This document shows positions 26,829 to 39,807 of a DNA stretch of 64,000 nucleotides, in pieces. Both the position numbers and the translations under genes were made by a program. Within the stretch, counting starts at the first letter, position 1; every line of letters begins with the position of its first letter. This stretch comes from Eledone cirrhosa (taxonomy: Eukaryota). The stretch lies in assembly GCA_964016885.1 (NCBI GenBank), contig OZ024747.1:78492001-78556000 (forward strand), given 5' to 3'. The notes under the pieces were generated by a model. The model was not told where the DNA came from. It made no database searches and was given only the letters and a program-made list of their open reading frames with translations.

Positions 26829-27188
26829 TTCAGTCAATAAAACTAGACTGTTTCAACAGCAGAAGAGATGGAGTGCCAGTCTAATTACATGGCAGTATAT
26901 ATATGCCATCATTCATTTACATTTTCAGTTAAAATTCTACTAGAGTTTCATTTACCCTTCAATAGGTAAAATAGCAGTCATACGTCATACCCGAGTCAAC
27001 TCTATCGATTATATCCAATCATTACCTATAGGTAATGGCAGAATCGTTAAAAGGCAGATAGAATGATTGGCAGTATACATTCCGGTTATCTGCGGCTTGA
27101 CTTTAAATACTGCCGAGGCCAACTTTGCTTTGATTCCTTTCGCGAGTCGATAAATGAAGTTCATTTATATATATACATATATACACAC

Positions 27189-27522
<334 letters not shown>

Positions 27523-27527
<5 letters not shown>

Positions 27528-28127
27528 TGATGAGGGACTAATTTTATAATATGTAATCCATGTGCAACCATGCAGTATTCTTCTCCCCTTGTTTTTCATA
27601 TATATATTTACCTCAACTGCGATTATCTGTTTCTCTCTTTCTCTCTTACTGCTCCTCCGTTCTCTCTGTTTCTCTTACCTTCTTTCGTCCCCTCTGTCAG
27701 TTAACACTTTCTATCGGCTGACCTCTTCCTCGCACTTCCACTCACTCACTCTCTGTTTCTCCCCTTCTCACTTCCTCCCGTTCGCTAATAGTGGGGTTCC
27801 TTCTTTCTCACACCGCATTCACGGCGTACGGTCTGCTTCTCTGACCGCTCATGAAATTCACCCAGCTTATGCTGATCGGATAACTATCATGTTGCTTGCT
27901 GTTTTCCCAACCTTCGGTTTGCTTTTCCTTCTGTTGTTTAATTGTCTCACTCGCTTTACGCATTTCACTTGTCCCAATAGCTTATTTTAGTTATTGCTCG
28001 CACCAACCTGAGGTATCGGATTTTTAATGCGATGAAATACCAATGATGGTTGGCAAATCACTGATGAGGGACTAATTTTATAATATGTAATCCATGTGCA
28101 ACCATGCAGTATTCTTCTCCCCTTGTT

Positions 28128-28137
<10 letters not shown>
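27523..28137. mobile_element. Non-coding element with about 80-bp identical terminal direct repeats, in (TA)n
   Basis: atcactgatgagggact...ttgtttttcatatatat occurs at 27523 and 28057 (period 534). Interior is pyrimidine-rich. Confidence 0.75.
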
Positions 28138-28167
<30 letters not shown>

Positions 28168-28171
<4 letters not shown>

Positions 28172-31100
28172 AAAAATTGAACGGGAACAAAACAGAGAGG
28201 CAGTACGAATAAAGGTTTCTTAGTTTCACGCTCTTGAGAGTGGGGTGGTGGTGGTGGGGAACGATGTTTCGGGCATAAGCCCTTCTTCAGGTGAAAAGTG
28301 TGTGGGAAGAGAGTTCCAAGGGTGTGTAGGGGAGTGGTGGAGAGACATATAGAAAAAAGGGGGTGAGAGGAAACGGTACAAATGAAATTAAATATAAAAG
28401 CATGATAAAAATAAAAATAAAAATACACATGAAGTAAAACAGGTGGTGGAAGGGTGTGGGGCGTGTAGGGGTGGTGGCGGGTGGAGTGGGGAGAGGGAGA
28501 CGGGGTGTCCGAGTGGGGAGGGCTGAAGGTGGTGTGTGTGTGTATGTGAAAGTAAGAGTTGGGGGAAGAACGGGGTTGCATGTTCAGGAAGAGGTGTGTG
28601 TGGGGTGGGGTGTAGGTCGGAGTGTGTGTGCGTGTGTGGATAGAGGGGTGGGGGGGAGAGGATTCCGGAGGCTGAATGTGTAAATATGTGGTGGTACGCA
28701 CGTGTGTGGGTGGTGTTTATGCGTGTTGTGGATGTAGGTGGCGTGTGGGGAAAAATTTTTTTGGGGGGTGTATGTCCGTGGGTGAGTCCTTAAGGTAATT
28801 CCGTAGACGATGTGGTGGAATGCTGAGTAATATCCTTGGGATGTGGTGGATTCTAGGGATCGAGGTGCACATATGTGTAATCCGTGAAGAGATTGGTCGG
28901 AAGAGGGGAGATGTGGGGTGCGCGCGCAACAGGAAGTAGTAAGAGGGTCAAGGCAGGAGGAGGGTTGTGTGTCTGTGTGTGCGGGGAGGTGGTCAGAGAG
29001 GCATAGCAGCAGTAGAGTAGAATGGTAAGTGAAGAAAGTCGGTGTGTCAGTGTGTGCGGAGGTGCGGTGGACAGGGGAGAGGATGGGTAGGTGTGAAAGT
29101 TGGAGTGTGGAGGGGGTGTGCGTGTGTATTAGTAGAGGTGTTAGTGGGATGTGTATGTGTTTGAGAAAGGGTGTGGGTGGAGCGGGGAGAGAAGGGTGTG
29201 GGGGCCGATGGAGGGAGTGTAGTGGACTGGTGTGTGTGTGCGTGTTTGGATGAGTGTGTGTGTGGTGAAGGGGGTGTGTTAGTGGGTGTTAGTATACTGG
29301 GGGTGGAGAAAGGGTTGAATGCGGGTGTGAGTGGGAGTCAGTGGTGGTAGGGTGTGTAGAGTGGGTGGTGTAAGAGGGTGTGTGTGTTCGTGTGCGTAGG
29401 GTTGGGGGGTGTTAGTGATGTTAGTTGCGTGTAGAGTGGGTGGTGTAAGTGGGTGTGTGTGTTCGTGTGCTTGGGGTCGGGGGGTGTTAGTGATGTTAGT
29501 TGCAGGGTGGTGGGGTGGATGTGTGGGGGTGAGGGTTAGTGGTATTAGTAGTAGGGTGTGTGTTTAGTGTGAGCGCGTGTATATATGTACCGGTGGGTGT
29601 GTGCGTGTGATAAGGAGCGGGGGGGAGAAGAAGGGAGGGATGTTAGTATGTTAGTTGGGGAAGGGTGGTCGGGTGTGGGGTGGAGGTGTATGTATTGTTA
29701 GTTGTGGGGTGGGCGGTGAAAAGGAGGGGTGTGTTAGGGGTGTTAGTGGGGGATATGTGTGGGGAGAGGGGGGGGGGGGTCAAAGGCTAAAGGAATAAGG
29801 GTGGGGAGTTCAGGCCGGGGGGAGTGTGGGTCTGTAGAGTGAAGATGGTTCGTTGTTCGACCCTGAGGAGAGTGGCGGGTGTTCCGTCGCATTGGAGTAG
29901 GCCACAGACTGTGAGGTGGTGTGCGGAATGTCCAGGGGCACAAAAGTGGCGGGCGATCGGGGAACTACCACCGAGACGAATATCTCGGAGGTGTTCAGTA
30001 AACCTGTCCGCCAGGCGACGTCCCGTCTGTCCGACGTAAGTCGCGCTGCACTCCGTGCAGCGAAGTCCGTAGACTAGGTTGGAGGAGGTGCAGCGGAAGG
30101 CATGCCGGACAGAGAGAGAGTGGCCGTTGGGACCCTGGAAGGTGGTGGTGTTGGTGATGTGGGGACAGGTGTTACAGCGGAGCCTGGAACAGGGAAGGGA
30201 ACCGGGGGGTGTGGGGGGGGGATAGGGAGCTGTGGACGAAGAGGGTGCGGAGATTGCGTGCGCGTTTGAAGGAGGGGAGTGGTGGGGCTGGGAAGATGTG
30301 GGAGGTGGAGGGGTCGGACTGGAGGCGTCGGAAGAGGCGGAGGATAGTGGAGGGGTGGTAGGTGATGGGGAAGGGGAGACAGTGGGTGGGTGTGCGGTGG
30401 CGTGGGGTGAGGGTGGTGGAGCGGTGGACAGAACGGGCGCGGGTGAGAGCGGTGTGGACGAGGGGGGGGGGGGGGAACCTCTGCGGATGAAATGGCTGAC
30501 TAGGGAAAGGGCCTGGGACTCAAAGTCAGCATCTCGGCTACAGAGGCGGCGGATCCTGGGGAGTTGGGAGTAGGGAATAGAGTGTTTAGTGTGTGTGGGG
30601 TGGGAAGATGTGAAGTCGAGGTAGGAGTGGGAGTCGGTGGGTTTGAAGAAGGCGGAGGTGACGAGGGAGTGGTGGGAGGGGTCGAAGGCGACGAAGATGT
30701 CTAAGAAGTGGACGTGGGTGGTGGAGATAGAGGTGGTGAAGTGGAGGGAGGGTGGAAGGAGCAGAAGAAGGAGAGAAAGGAGTCGAGCTGTTCTCGGGTG
30801 AGGGTCGTGGCTCCGATACAGTCGTCGATGTAACGACCGTACAGTTCGGGCATGGGGCCGGTGTACTGGGCAAAGATTTGGGCCTCAACATGGCCCCAAA
30901 AAAAGGTTGGCATAGTTTGGGCCCATTCTTGTACCCATGGCTACCCCCGTGACCTGTTGGTAAAACTCACCCGAGAAGGAGAAACAGTTGAGGGTGAGGA
31001 CCAGCTCGGCGAGGCGAAGGAGGGTGGGGTGGAGGGGATGGGGAGGGGCGAAGGTCGAGGTAGTGCTTGAGGGCACGTAGGCCGTCGGCGTGGGGGATGA

Positions 31101-31694
31101 CGGTATAGAGGGACTTGATATCTAGAGTGAAGAGGAAGGGCTGTGGGCCGGGTAGGTAGGTGAAGGAGTCGAAAAGGCGCAGGGCGTGGTTGGTGTCGGA
31201 GATGTGGGAGAGGAGGGTGGTGACAAGGGGGTCGAGGATGGAGTCAAGAAAGGCGGAGATGAGTTCGGTGGGGCAGTTGCAAGCGGAGACGATGGGGCGG
31301 CCGGGGTTGTAGGGTTTGTGGAGTTTGGGGAGGAAGTAGATGGTGGGGTGCGGACGATGAGGTGGGAAGCGGTGGGGGGGGGGGGGGAGACAAGGTGTTG
31401 GATGGTGGAGGAAACTTGTTGTTGGTAGAGGGGTGTGGGATCGGAGGGTAGAGGGCGGTAGAAGAGGGGGTTACGGAGCTGCCTGAGGGCTTCGGCCGTG
31501 TAGAGGTCCGCGCGCCACACCACCACAGCACTTCCCTTGTCCGCCGGTTTGATGACGATGTCATCTCGGCTACGGAGGGAGCGGAGAGCGAGGAGTTCGC
31601 CCCGTGTGATGTTATTCCGTTTGGAATGGTGGCGGAAGTCGAAACGATTTACGGCGCTACGGCTGGCATCAACGAACGCGTCAAGGGTGCTAAA
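28168..31694 (-). mobile_element. GC-rich Penelope-like element PLE2 (Neptune-type) with frameshifted RT + GIY-YIG ORF (about 29787-31692) and long 3' UTR/pLTR
   Basis: IKPADKG, LFTLDIKSLYT, QVTGVAMGTRMGPNYANLF, RYIDD, CSRLRCNTCPH and NLVYGLRC..YVGQTGRRLADRFTEH read across frames. The 3' end abuts (TA)n. Confidence 0.93.
28261..28297 (-). ncRNA. Minimal hammerhead core in PLE2 pLTR
   Basis: CUGAAGA a gggc uuau gccc GAAA cauc. Stem I pairing is weak. Confidence 0.6.
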
Positions 31695-32315
31695 TTCTAC
31701 AGGACTAGAACTGTTTCATTCGGGAGAAATCATCATTAAATGTTAAATATTTATACTCTGCTTTGTATTGAATACCTTACTTACTGTGGTTACCCCCAAT
31801 TGAACCCGGAATAAACTTATATATACATATATATATAGTAGAGGCCTTCGCTTCATACCCCACACTCCGCACAGCGACGAGTTCCGCACCCGAACGGAAG
31901 TCGAGCGATTCATGCGACGCACGAAGCTACAGGCACATTTCGGTCAAACGCCACCGGCTCCGAACGCCCCAGACCCGTTTCTCGCCCTGGGTCGACGACC
32001 ATCTTCTTGGACGCCGGCCCCAGGGCGAGAAACGGGTCTGGGGCGTTCGGAGCCGGTGGCGTTTGACCGAAATGTGCCTGTAGCTTCGTGCGTCGCATGA
32101 ATCGCTCGACTTCCGTTCGGGTGCGGAACTCGTCGCTGTGCGGAGTGTGGGGTATGAAGCGAAGGCCTCTACTATATATATATGTATATATAAGTTTATT
32201 CCGGGTTCAATTGGGGGTAACCACAGTAAGTAAGGTATTCAATACAAAGCAGAGTATAAATATTTAACATTTAATGATGATTTCTCCCGAATGAAACAGT
32301 TCTAGTCCTGTAGAA
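31695..32315. repeat. Palindrome with 297-bp arms and 27-nt spacer, containing a family G fragment and the N-terminal piece of PLE2
   Basis: Arms 31695-31991 and 32019-32315. The same peptide MRRTKLQAHFG appears on both strands in the ORF track. Confidence 0.95.
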
Positions 32316-32321
32316 GCCTTT

Positions 32322-32396
<75 letters not shown>

Positions 32397-33271
32397 TTTG
32401 TGTGTGTATAGCTATTTATTACACTAATTACCCTAATTCATGTTACCGCATGTGAATGCATATTTGCATGTAATTTATACTGTATACTGGGAGTGTGCTC
32501 ATGTCATCTATACTAGAACTCTATCAAAATATATATACTGTATACTAGCATGACCTCAGCCAGATGGCTGGAACAGGTAAAAGACTAAGAGTAAAGAGTG
32601 TGTGTGTATATATGTATATATATATATATATATACACACACACAAATATTAATCTGAAATAAGGCTCAGAAATCACAATGGGAAAGACCACACTGGAGTA
32701 CTTTAAAATAAGGAACCTCATGTGTGTCTCAACCCAGAGGTAAAGTTCCTTGTTAAACAAGTTAAATGTTATAACCACACGTGAGTTGAACTCATATAAC
32801 GGTCTATCAATGTAATAATAATAACCACACGTGTGTTCGGATGTATGTATGTATGTATGCAGTGGGGACTGGCCAGGTTGCCCAATGGTAAGTGGGCCCA
32901 CAGTAGCATTGCAGGGCCCACTGTAGTATTTTAGGGGCCAATGCTTTCAAAGAATACCTGAAATCTAAGAGAAAGAATAACATTAAAAAATAAGTAAATA
33001 AAACAATTAAGCAAAGCATTTGGCCAACCAATTCCCCAGGGAATTACTAGAAACCAAGATATATGGTAGTGCAAATAGCTGGAACAGTGGTTGTACATTC
33101 TACTAAATCTAAAGCATAGTGTATTCATGCAAGCAAACATACATATATAGACACAGACACACAGGCATATACATATATACTTATATACTTACACACGAAC
33201 TACTGACCAAATAATATTTGGTTTCAATGGGTTAAAGACATCTGTCAAATCAATTAGTGGTGAAGGTGGTG

Positions 33272-33394
<123 letters not shown>

Positions 33395-33406
33395 TATATA
33401 TATATA

Positions 33407-33752
33407 TTGAAAATTTTGAAAGTAGGTTTATAAGTATGAATTTTCGTAGTTGTCTTTGTGGCCTAGTGGTGGGCACTAGAGACGGTGAAAATCCTAGCCC
33501 TGGGTTCAATCCTGGGCCAGAGATACATGTAACATTTTTCAGTTTTTATTTTACAACCAATAGAATAAAAATGGAACCCTACTCCCGACCAGGATCACTA
33601 CCATCTTTGATTCTTCCAGCTAGGCCACCGAGACAGCTACAAGAGTATAAGGAAAATTAATAATTATAAACCTACTTTCAAAATCAAAGTTAAAAAGATG
33701 TGGTGTCCTTCATGGCTCTCCAAGAGCTATTAGTAATATTTAGGGTCGACTT
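33407..33752. mobile_element. Family D inverted-repeat element with two convergent tRNA-like units
   Basis: Inverted repeat attttgaaagtaggtttataa / ttataaacctactttcaaaat. A-box at 33459 and B-box at 33503. Confidence 0.7.
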
Positions 33753-33841
33753 GTCAATCTTCTGGCCCTTTGGTAACAACCTTATTATTCCTATGTGCGT
33801 TTAACTGTTGAATTAATTTAATTTGATCATTTTAGCAAACA

Positions 33842-33903
<62 letters not shown>

Positions 33904-33940
33904 TTTCTGAATTATTGGCAACATGACCCTCCCAAAGTAT

Positions 33941-34002
<62 letters not shown>

Positions 34003-34490
34003 TATTTTCCGTTGTGTTGTAATATAAATATTACACACAGTAGATTATCAGCTCACGTAGAGTTTGCTCGACGGTTTCAGTTGTAGTTCCAAAAGTAATC
34101 CGGAGAAAAATAGAAAGATTTGAATGGATACAGTTTAGTTGAAAGGAATTTATTGACACGTGTTTCTATAACAGTTACATAACCTAAAACAGCTGCTATC
34201 TACAAACTTTTAGTTATGCAGACATTCAATATTTTAATGTTATTATTTACTGTCATTTCATCAGAATAATATTACTGAGGACCTATTTAGTTTTTATAGA
34301 GAATATTAGGAGGGAGGGGTGAAGTTGTTAGAAGAATAGTTGAAGGAGTGGTTTTTCGATAGCAGTGAGAATTCTTGGTGGCAGTGAGTAATTAGATTCC
34401 CATCTGTTGTTTTGACATTTTTTATAGAATATATTATTGGTTATTTTTCTAAATCTATAGAAGGATTAGAGATAGTAAAGATATGCGTGG

Positions 34491-35807
34491 TTGGTTTTTA
34501 GACTCCAGGAAAAATTCAGCAATCTCCACGGCGGAATATACCGCGACGATGTTCTCCTCCTAGCTAAAAACCTTAATAACCAAAAACTAGAAAAACTACG
34601 CAAAGATATAAGAAAACTACTACTCGAAATAGGACTAACTATAACATATGGATACAACCTTAAAGTAGTTAACTTCCTGGATGTCACACTCAATTTAAAC
34701 TCGGGTTTGATTAAACCGTTTCATAAATTGAATGAAAATCTCAAATACGTAAATGTTGGGTCTAACCACCCCATCTCTATAATTAAATCTATCCCTAAAA
34801 ATATTTCCCTTAGAATCTCGGGTCTATCTTCTAACATACAAGTATTTAAGGAACACGCCGAGTACTACGATAACGCCCTTAGTAAAGCAGGCTACCTCAA
34901 CAAAATAGAGTACATAGATGGGAACAATCAAAACACCCAAAATAAATCCCACATAGGTAGATATAATAACACAACACCAAACCACACTTACTACCATAGT
35001 ATGCACACCAGTAAACCAACAAACAAAACTAATAGAAAGCGATGCAAAGAGTACTTATGGTATAACCCCGAATACAATAGTTCCATTAGTACAAATTTAC
35101 CAGTACTCTTCTTTAAAATAATTAAAAGACATTTTCCCACATCACACAAATACCACAAAATCCTAAACCCTACCACTATAAGACTGTCATACTCTACAGC
35201 GTTAAACATTGAACAACACATAAAAAAGATCAATACTAGAAGGTTAAACGAAAACACTAAGAACTTAAGTACAAAGAACACAAAAAAACCAGTAGACAAT
35301 ACACTACAGAACATAAATAAACCACACCTAAGTTCGTCCGCAATACTACTCCAGAGAAAACCCAACGTACACAACTGTAACTGCACCTATCCTGACAACT
35401 GCCCCCTCGGCAATAACTGCCTGGAAAAAAATATTATTTATAAGTGTACCATTAAATCCGGAGGCAACGAGTGGTATTACGTGGGATCAACGGCAACATC
35501 GTTTAAATCTCGATTGTATAGGCATTCTTACTCAATAAAACACCAGAGCCAAAGAAATGTAACAACTTTAGCAGAAAAAGCTTGGACGCTCAGGGATAGC
35601 GATCAAAAGTTTACCCTAAAATGGGAGAAATTAGCTAAAACCCAAAGCTTTTCCAGGAGCCAAAATTTCTGCAAATTGTGTAATCTTGAGATTTATTACA
35701 TAATCACACACAAGAAGAAACTGCTGAATAACAGAATTGAACGAACATTATTCTGCCGTCACAGAACTAAAACCCTTTTTTCCCACTACAAGCCGAATAT
35801 TACATAA
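34491..35807 (+). CDS. C-terminal half of PLE3 polyprotein (RT thumb + GIY-YIG endonuclease); no native start
   Basis: GIYRDD, VNFLDVTL, YVNVGSNHP, WYNPEY, CNCTYPDNCPL, IIYKC..YYVGST, CKLC, CRH. The frame is open for 438 codons and starts at the inversion junction. Confidence 0.88.
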   Translation: MVFRLQEKFSNLHGGIYRDDVLLLAKNLNNQKLEKLRKDIRKLLLEIGLTITYGYNLKVVNFLDVTLNLNSGLIKPFHKLNENLKYVNVGSNHPISIIKSIPKNISLRISGLSSNIQVFKEHAEYYDNALSKAGYLNKIEYIDGNNQNTQNKSHIGRYNNTTPNHTYYHSMHTSKPTNKTNRKRCKEYLWYNPEYNSSISTNLPVLFFKIIKRHFPTSHKYHKILNPTTIRLSYSTALNIEQHIKKINTRRLNENTKNLSTKNTKKPVDNTLQNINKPHLSSSAILLQRKPNVHNCNCTYPDNCPLGNNCLEKNIIYKCTIKSGGNEWYYVGSTATSFKSRLYRHSYSIKHQSQRNVTTLAEKAWTLRDSDQKFTLKWEKLAKTQSFSRSQNFCKLCNLEIYYIITHKKKLLNNRIERTLFCRHRTKTLFSHYKPNIT

Positions 35808-36076
35808 AAGAGGGACATCCCCCAACTATATAAACCTTAATCTAGTTAGAAAAATATAAAAACAATCTCTTCTCAACATATATTAATAACCTTAAATTAC
35901 CACACTAATAATGGAAAGATATGCTGATGAGAATAGGTGCAAATATGCGATAATGAATGTGTCTAAAAACGTCCATAAGTATGTATATATATGTGAAAAT
36001 GTATATAAATAAGTAAATATATATATATGTTTGATGTGTATAGTTAGATGTAAGTGTATTCATGTATTAAAGTGCT

Positions 36077-36129
<53 letters not shown>

Positions 36130-36679
36130 GTGTATATAGATGTGTATGTGTGTGTATGTGTGTACACATGGACTAGAGTATGTATGTATATATGTGTGTG
36201 TCTATACGTGTGTATATAAAGATAAGTTGAGTATGAAAATGTATACACATGAGCGCGTATGTATGTACATGAATACATGTGTGTATATATATGTGTATGC
36301 ATGTGTATATATATGTAAGTATGAATATGTGAATTGTGAGTATATGTATTTTGTAGAGGTGTGCAAATATATGTGTGTGAATGCGTGGGTGAAAGGATAC
36401 TTACACTTGAAAGAAAAAATTTAAGTCTGAATGTTAATTAAGTGCAAACACAAAACCAACCACGCATATCTTTACTATCTCTAATCCTTCTATAGATTTA
36501 GAAAAATAACCAATAATATATTCTATAAAAAATGTCAAAACAACAGATGGGAATCTAATTACTCACTGCCACCAAGAATTCTCACTGCTATCGAAAAACC
36601 ACTCCTTCAACTATTCTTCTAACAACTTCACCCCTCCCTCCTAATATTCTCTATAAAAACTAAATAGGTCCTCAGTAAT

Positions 36680-36729
36680 ATTATTCTGATGAAATGACAG
36701 TAAATAATAACATTGAAATATTGAATGTC
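36680..36729 (+). ncRNA. Hammerhead-like core in PLE3 pLTR; the inverted copy near 34221-34270 has GAAA changed to AAAA
   Basis: CUGAUGA aaug..cauu GAAA uauu with palindromic AAUAUU. Stem I is weak. Confidence 0.55.
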
Positions 36730-36834
36730 TGCATAACTAAAAGTTTGTAGATAGCAGCTGTTTTAGGTTATGTAACTGTTATAGAAACACGTGTCAATAA
36801 ATTCCTTTCAACTAAACTGTATCCATTCAAATCT

Positions 36835-36895
<61 letters not shown>

Positions 36896-36936
36896 TATAT
36901 ATATATATATATATACATACACACATATATATACAT

Positions 36937-36969
<33 letters not shown>

Positions 36970-37080
36970 ATGATTTCATTTATTGACCACAAGGCCAATC
37001 ATTGTAAGTTTGAATCTGACATACAAAAACATATATATATGAATAAAGTAAGCCCAAATTATAGGAGATTCAAATATCAC

Positions 37081-37111
<31 letters not shown>

Positions 37112-37206
37112 AATGAGGTGCAACAGAAATGAAACAGGGATTACAGGTTAAAATATAGTCTAGATAGATGTGAAACAAAACCAGGATGTAGTTTATGGAA
37201 CACCCA

Positions 37207-37679
37207 AATGATTTAGAAGTCGACCTTAAGTAGGAGCAATAACATTAAGAAAGACATGAACGACACTACATCATTTTGTTTTGAAAATTCTAAAAGTAGG
37301 TTTATAAGTATGAATTTTCATAATATTTTCGTAGTTGGCTCTGTGGCCAGGTGGTAGTTACTAGAGACGGCAAAGAGCCTGGTCTTGGGTTCAATCCTGG
37401 TCAAGAGGTACATGTAACCTATTTCAGATTTTTCTTTTACAACCAATAGAAAAAAACTGAAAAGGTTTACCAGAAACCCTATCCCCGACCAGGATCGAAC
37501 TTCAGACCAGGATCACCAACGTCTATGATTCCTCCACCTAGGCCACCGAGACAGCTACAAAAGTATAAGGAAAATTGATAATTATAAACCTACTTTCAAA
37601 ATCAAAGTTTAAAAGCTGAGGTGTCCTTCCCGGCTTTCCTAGAGCTATTAATAATATTTAGGGTCGACTTCTGGTCATT
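37207..37679. mobile_element. Family D, longer copy with outer inverted repeat agaagtcgacc / ggtcgacttct
   Basis: Colinear with 33407-33752. A and B boxes on both strands. Confidence 0.7.
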
Positions 37680-37889
37680 ATTGAAAGTCTCTGGATTTCG
37701 CAAAATACATAATATTTTTTATTGGAGAAGGTAAGATATTTTTCCGCAAAAATTGCAGTTTTGTTTCCACTTATGTATTTTTCGAAAATGTTATTTATTC
37801 ATTATAAAAATTAAATGATAGCATTCTATATGTAGGTGGGCCCCCTTCATCTCCTGGCAACCAATATTTTTAGACCTAATCCGCCACTG

Positions 37890-38320
37890 TCTGTCTGTCT
37901 GTGTATGTATGTATGTATGCATGTATGTATGTATGCATGTGTGTGTGTATATATGTATGTCTGCACGTATGTATGCATGTATGCATGTGTGTATATATGT
38001 ATGCATGTATGTATGTGTGTGTATGTATGTGTGTATGCATGTATGTATGTATGCATGTGTGTGTGTATATATGTATGTATATATGTATGTCTGCATGTAT
38101 GCATGTGTATATATGTATGCATGCATGTGTGTATGTATGTGTGTATGTATGTATATATATGTATGTATGTGTGTGTATGTTTGTATGTATGTATATATAT
38201 ATACGTATGTATGTATGCATGTATGTATGCATGTGTGTATATATATGTATGTATGTATTATGTGTGTATGTATGTATGATGGTTTGTATGTATATATCTA
38301 TGTATGTATGTGTATACATA
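37890..38320. repeat. (TATG/TGCA)n degenerate microsatellite, representative of dozens of (TA)n, (CA)n and (TACA)n tracts in 4.4-46.3 kb
   Basis: Read directly. Confidence 0.95.
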
Positions 38321-38577
38321 CAGTGTTTTTTCAGTTCAATGTTTTGTACCATCTGTCAACTGAACACTCGTATCAGGTGACATAATATTCTTTATATTTA
38401 GACGATGAAGAGCGGCAGACACAGTACAGGGGGAGGGGGGGGGGGTAAACTGTTTTCATCATCATCACCATCATCAATGTTATTGGTATATATATTTTGT
38501 TTTCACAGTTTATCAGTGGTTATATGTTCAAAACTTTGCAATGAGCTATCTAAAAGTCTCTCTCTCCCCCTCTCCCT

Positions 38578-38630
<53 letters not shown>

Positions 38631-39227
38631 CATATATATATACACAGACACAGACACAGACACATATATATATATATATATACAGATGTGAGAAAAACCA
38701 CAGACCCTCCATCTCAACTCTACTTTTGAAAATCAGAAGAACTGTGAAACCGGTAAAGGAACCAAATAAATATATATATTTTTTTTTAATAAGACTCCAG
38801 TTGCATTTTCGATTTCATCTTTTTTTTCTTTATACTTTCACTCGTGTAGGACACCTCGGTTATTTTTCATTTTGTAAAAAAATCCTCACTTTCTAATATA
38901 TATATATATATACATATATATACATATACTATTATCATATGTATTGCCAGTTCCATGAACAAACTCAGACAAACAATCCGCGATGATGTCATTACAGTCG
39001 CCATGTTGATTTCTTCCATAAATGTTAATTTGATGCATAATCAATTTAGGCGCGCAACTTTAATTTATTTTAGCTGAGTATAAAACACTATTTTAAAGGA
39101 TCACGTGAATTCTCCACAAATATTTTTGACCAATCATCTTTTGTTTTTACAAAACCCTTTTATTGATCAACACCTTTTCAATAAATAGAACAAAGAAAAA
39201 AATGTTAGCTTCGGTGCCATAACTTAA

Positions 39228-39807
39228 CCCTTTATTATTTATATTACTCTATATTTACTATTGTATTTTCACAGTAAAGGCTTTACCTCACATAATATTT
39301 ACATTACTCTATATTTACTATTGTATTTTCACAGTAAAGTCTTTACCTCACATAACATTTACAATACTCTATATTTACTATTGTATTTTCACAGTCAAGG
39401 CTTTATCTCACATAATATTTACATTACTCTATATATATACTATTGTATTTTCCCAGTAAAGGCTTTACCTCACATAATATCTCACATAACATTTACATTA
39501 CTCTATATTTACTATTGTATTTTCACAGTAAAGGCTTTACCTCACATAACATTTACATTACTCTATACATACTATTGAATTTTCACAGTAAAGGCTTTAC
39601 CTCACATAACATTTACATTACTCTATATTTACTATTATATTTTCACAATAAAGGTTTTACCTCACATAATATTAAATCTATGAGATTTTGATATTATTTA
39701 TTTTGAGAACAACACCTTAACATCAGTGTGAGGCCAGTTACGGCCAGTTTGAACAGAAAGAGGTGAGAGAATTCTAGCCGGATATGGCCGGTTCGAATGC
39801 CAAAGGG
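39228..39807. mobile_element. piggyBac-like MITE with TTAA TSD and an internal 60-bp tandem array (about 7 copies, 39237-39672)
   Basis: ttaa|cccttt ... aaaggg|ttaa. No ORF. Confidence 0.75.

Larger units (their letters stand above)
34110..36840 (+). mobile_element. Penelope-like element PLE3, 5'-truncated, with 389-bp inverted pLTR copies (34110-34498 and 36452-36840)
   Basis: Near-identical inverted arms bracket an RT/GIY-YIG ORF. The right end runs into (TA)n. Confidence 0.92.

Noticed and set aside
26237-26884. Pro/Ser-rich ORF, and Gly/Val/Pro-rich ORFs at 45103-45623
   Set aside because: These are trinucleotide repeats open in several frames, with no other coding support.
34110-36840. 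DNA transposon with long TIRs
   Set aside because: The ORF encodes RT and GIY-YIG. The inverted arms are pLTR copies and truncate the ORF.
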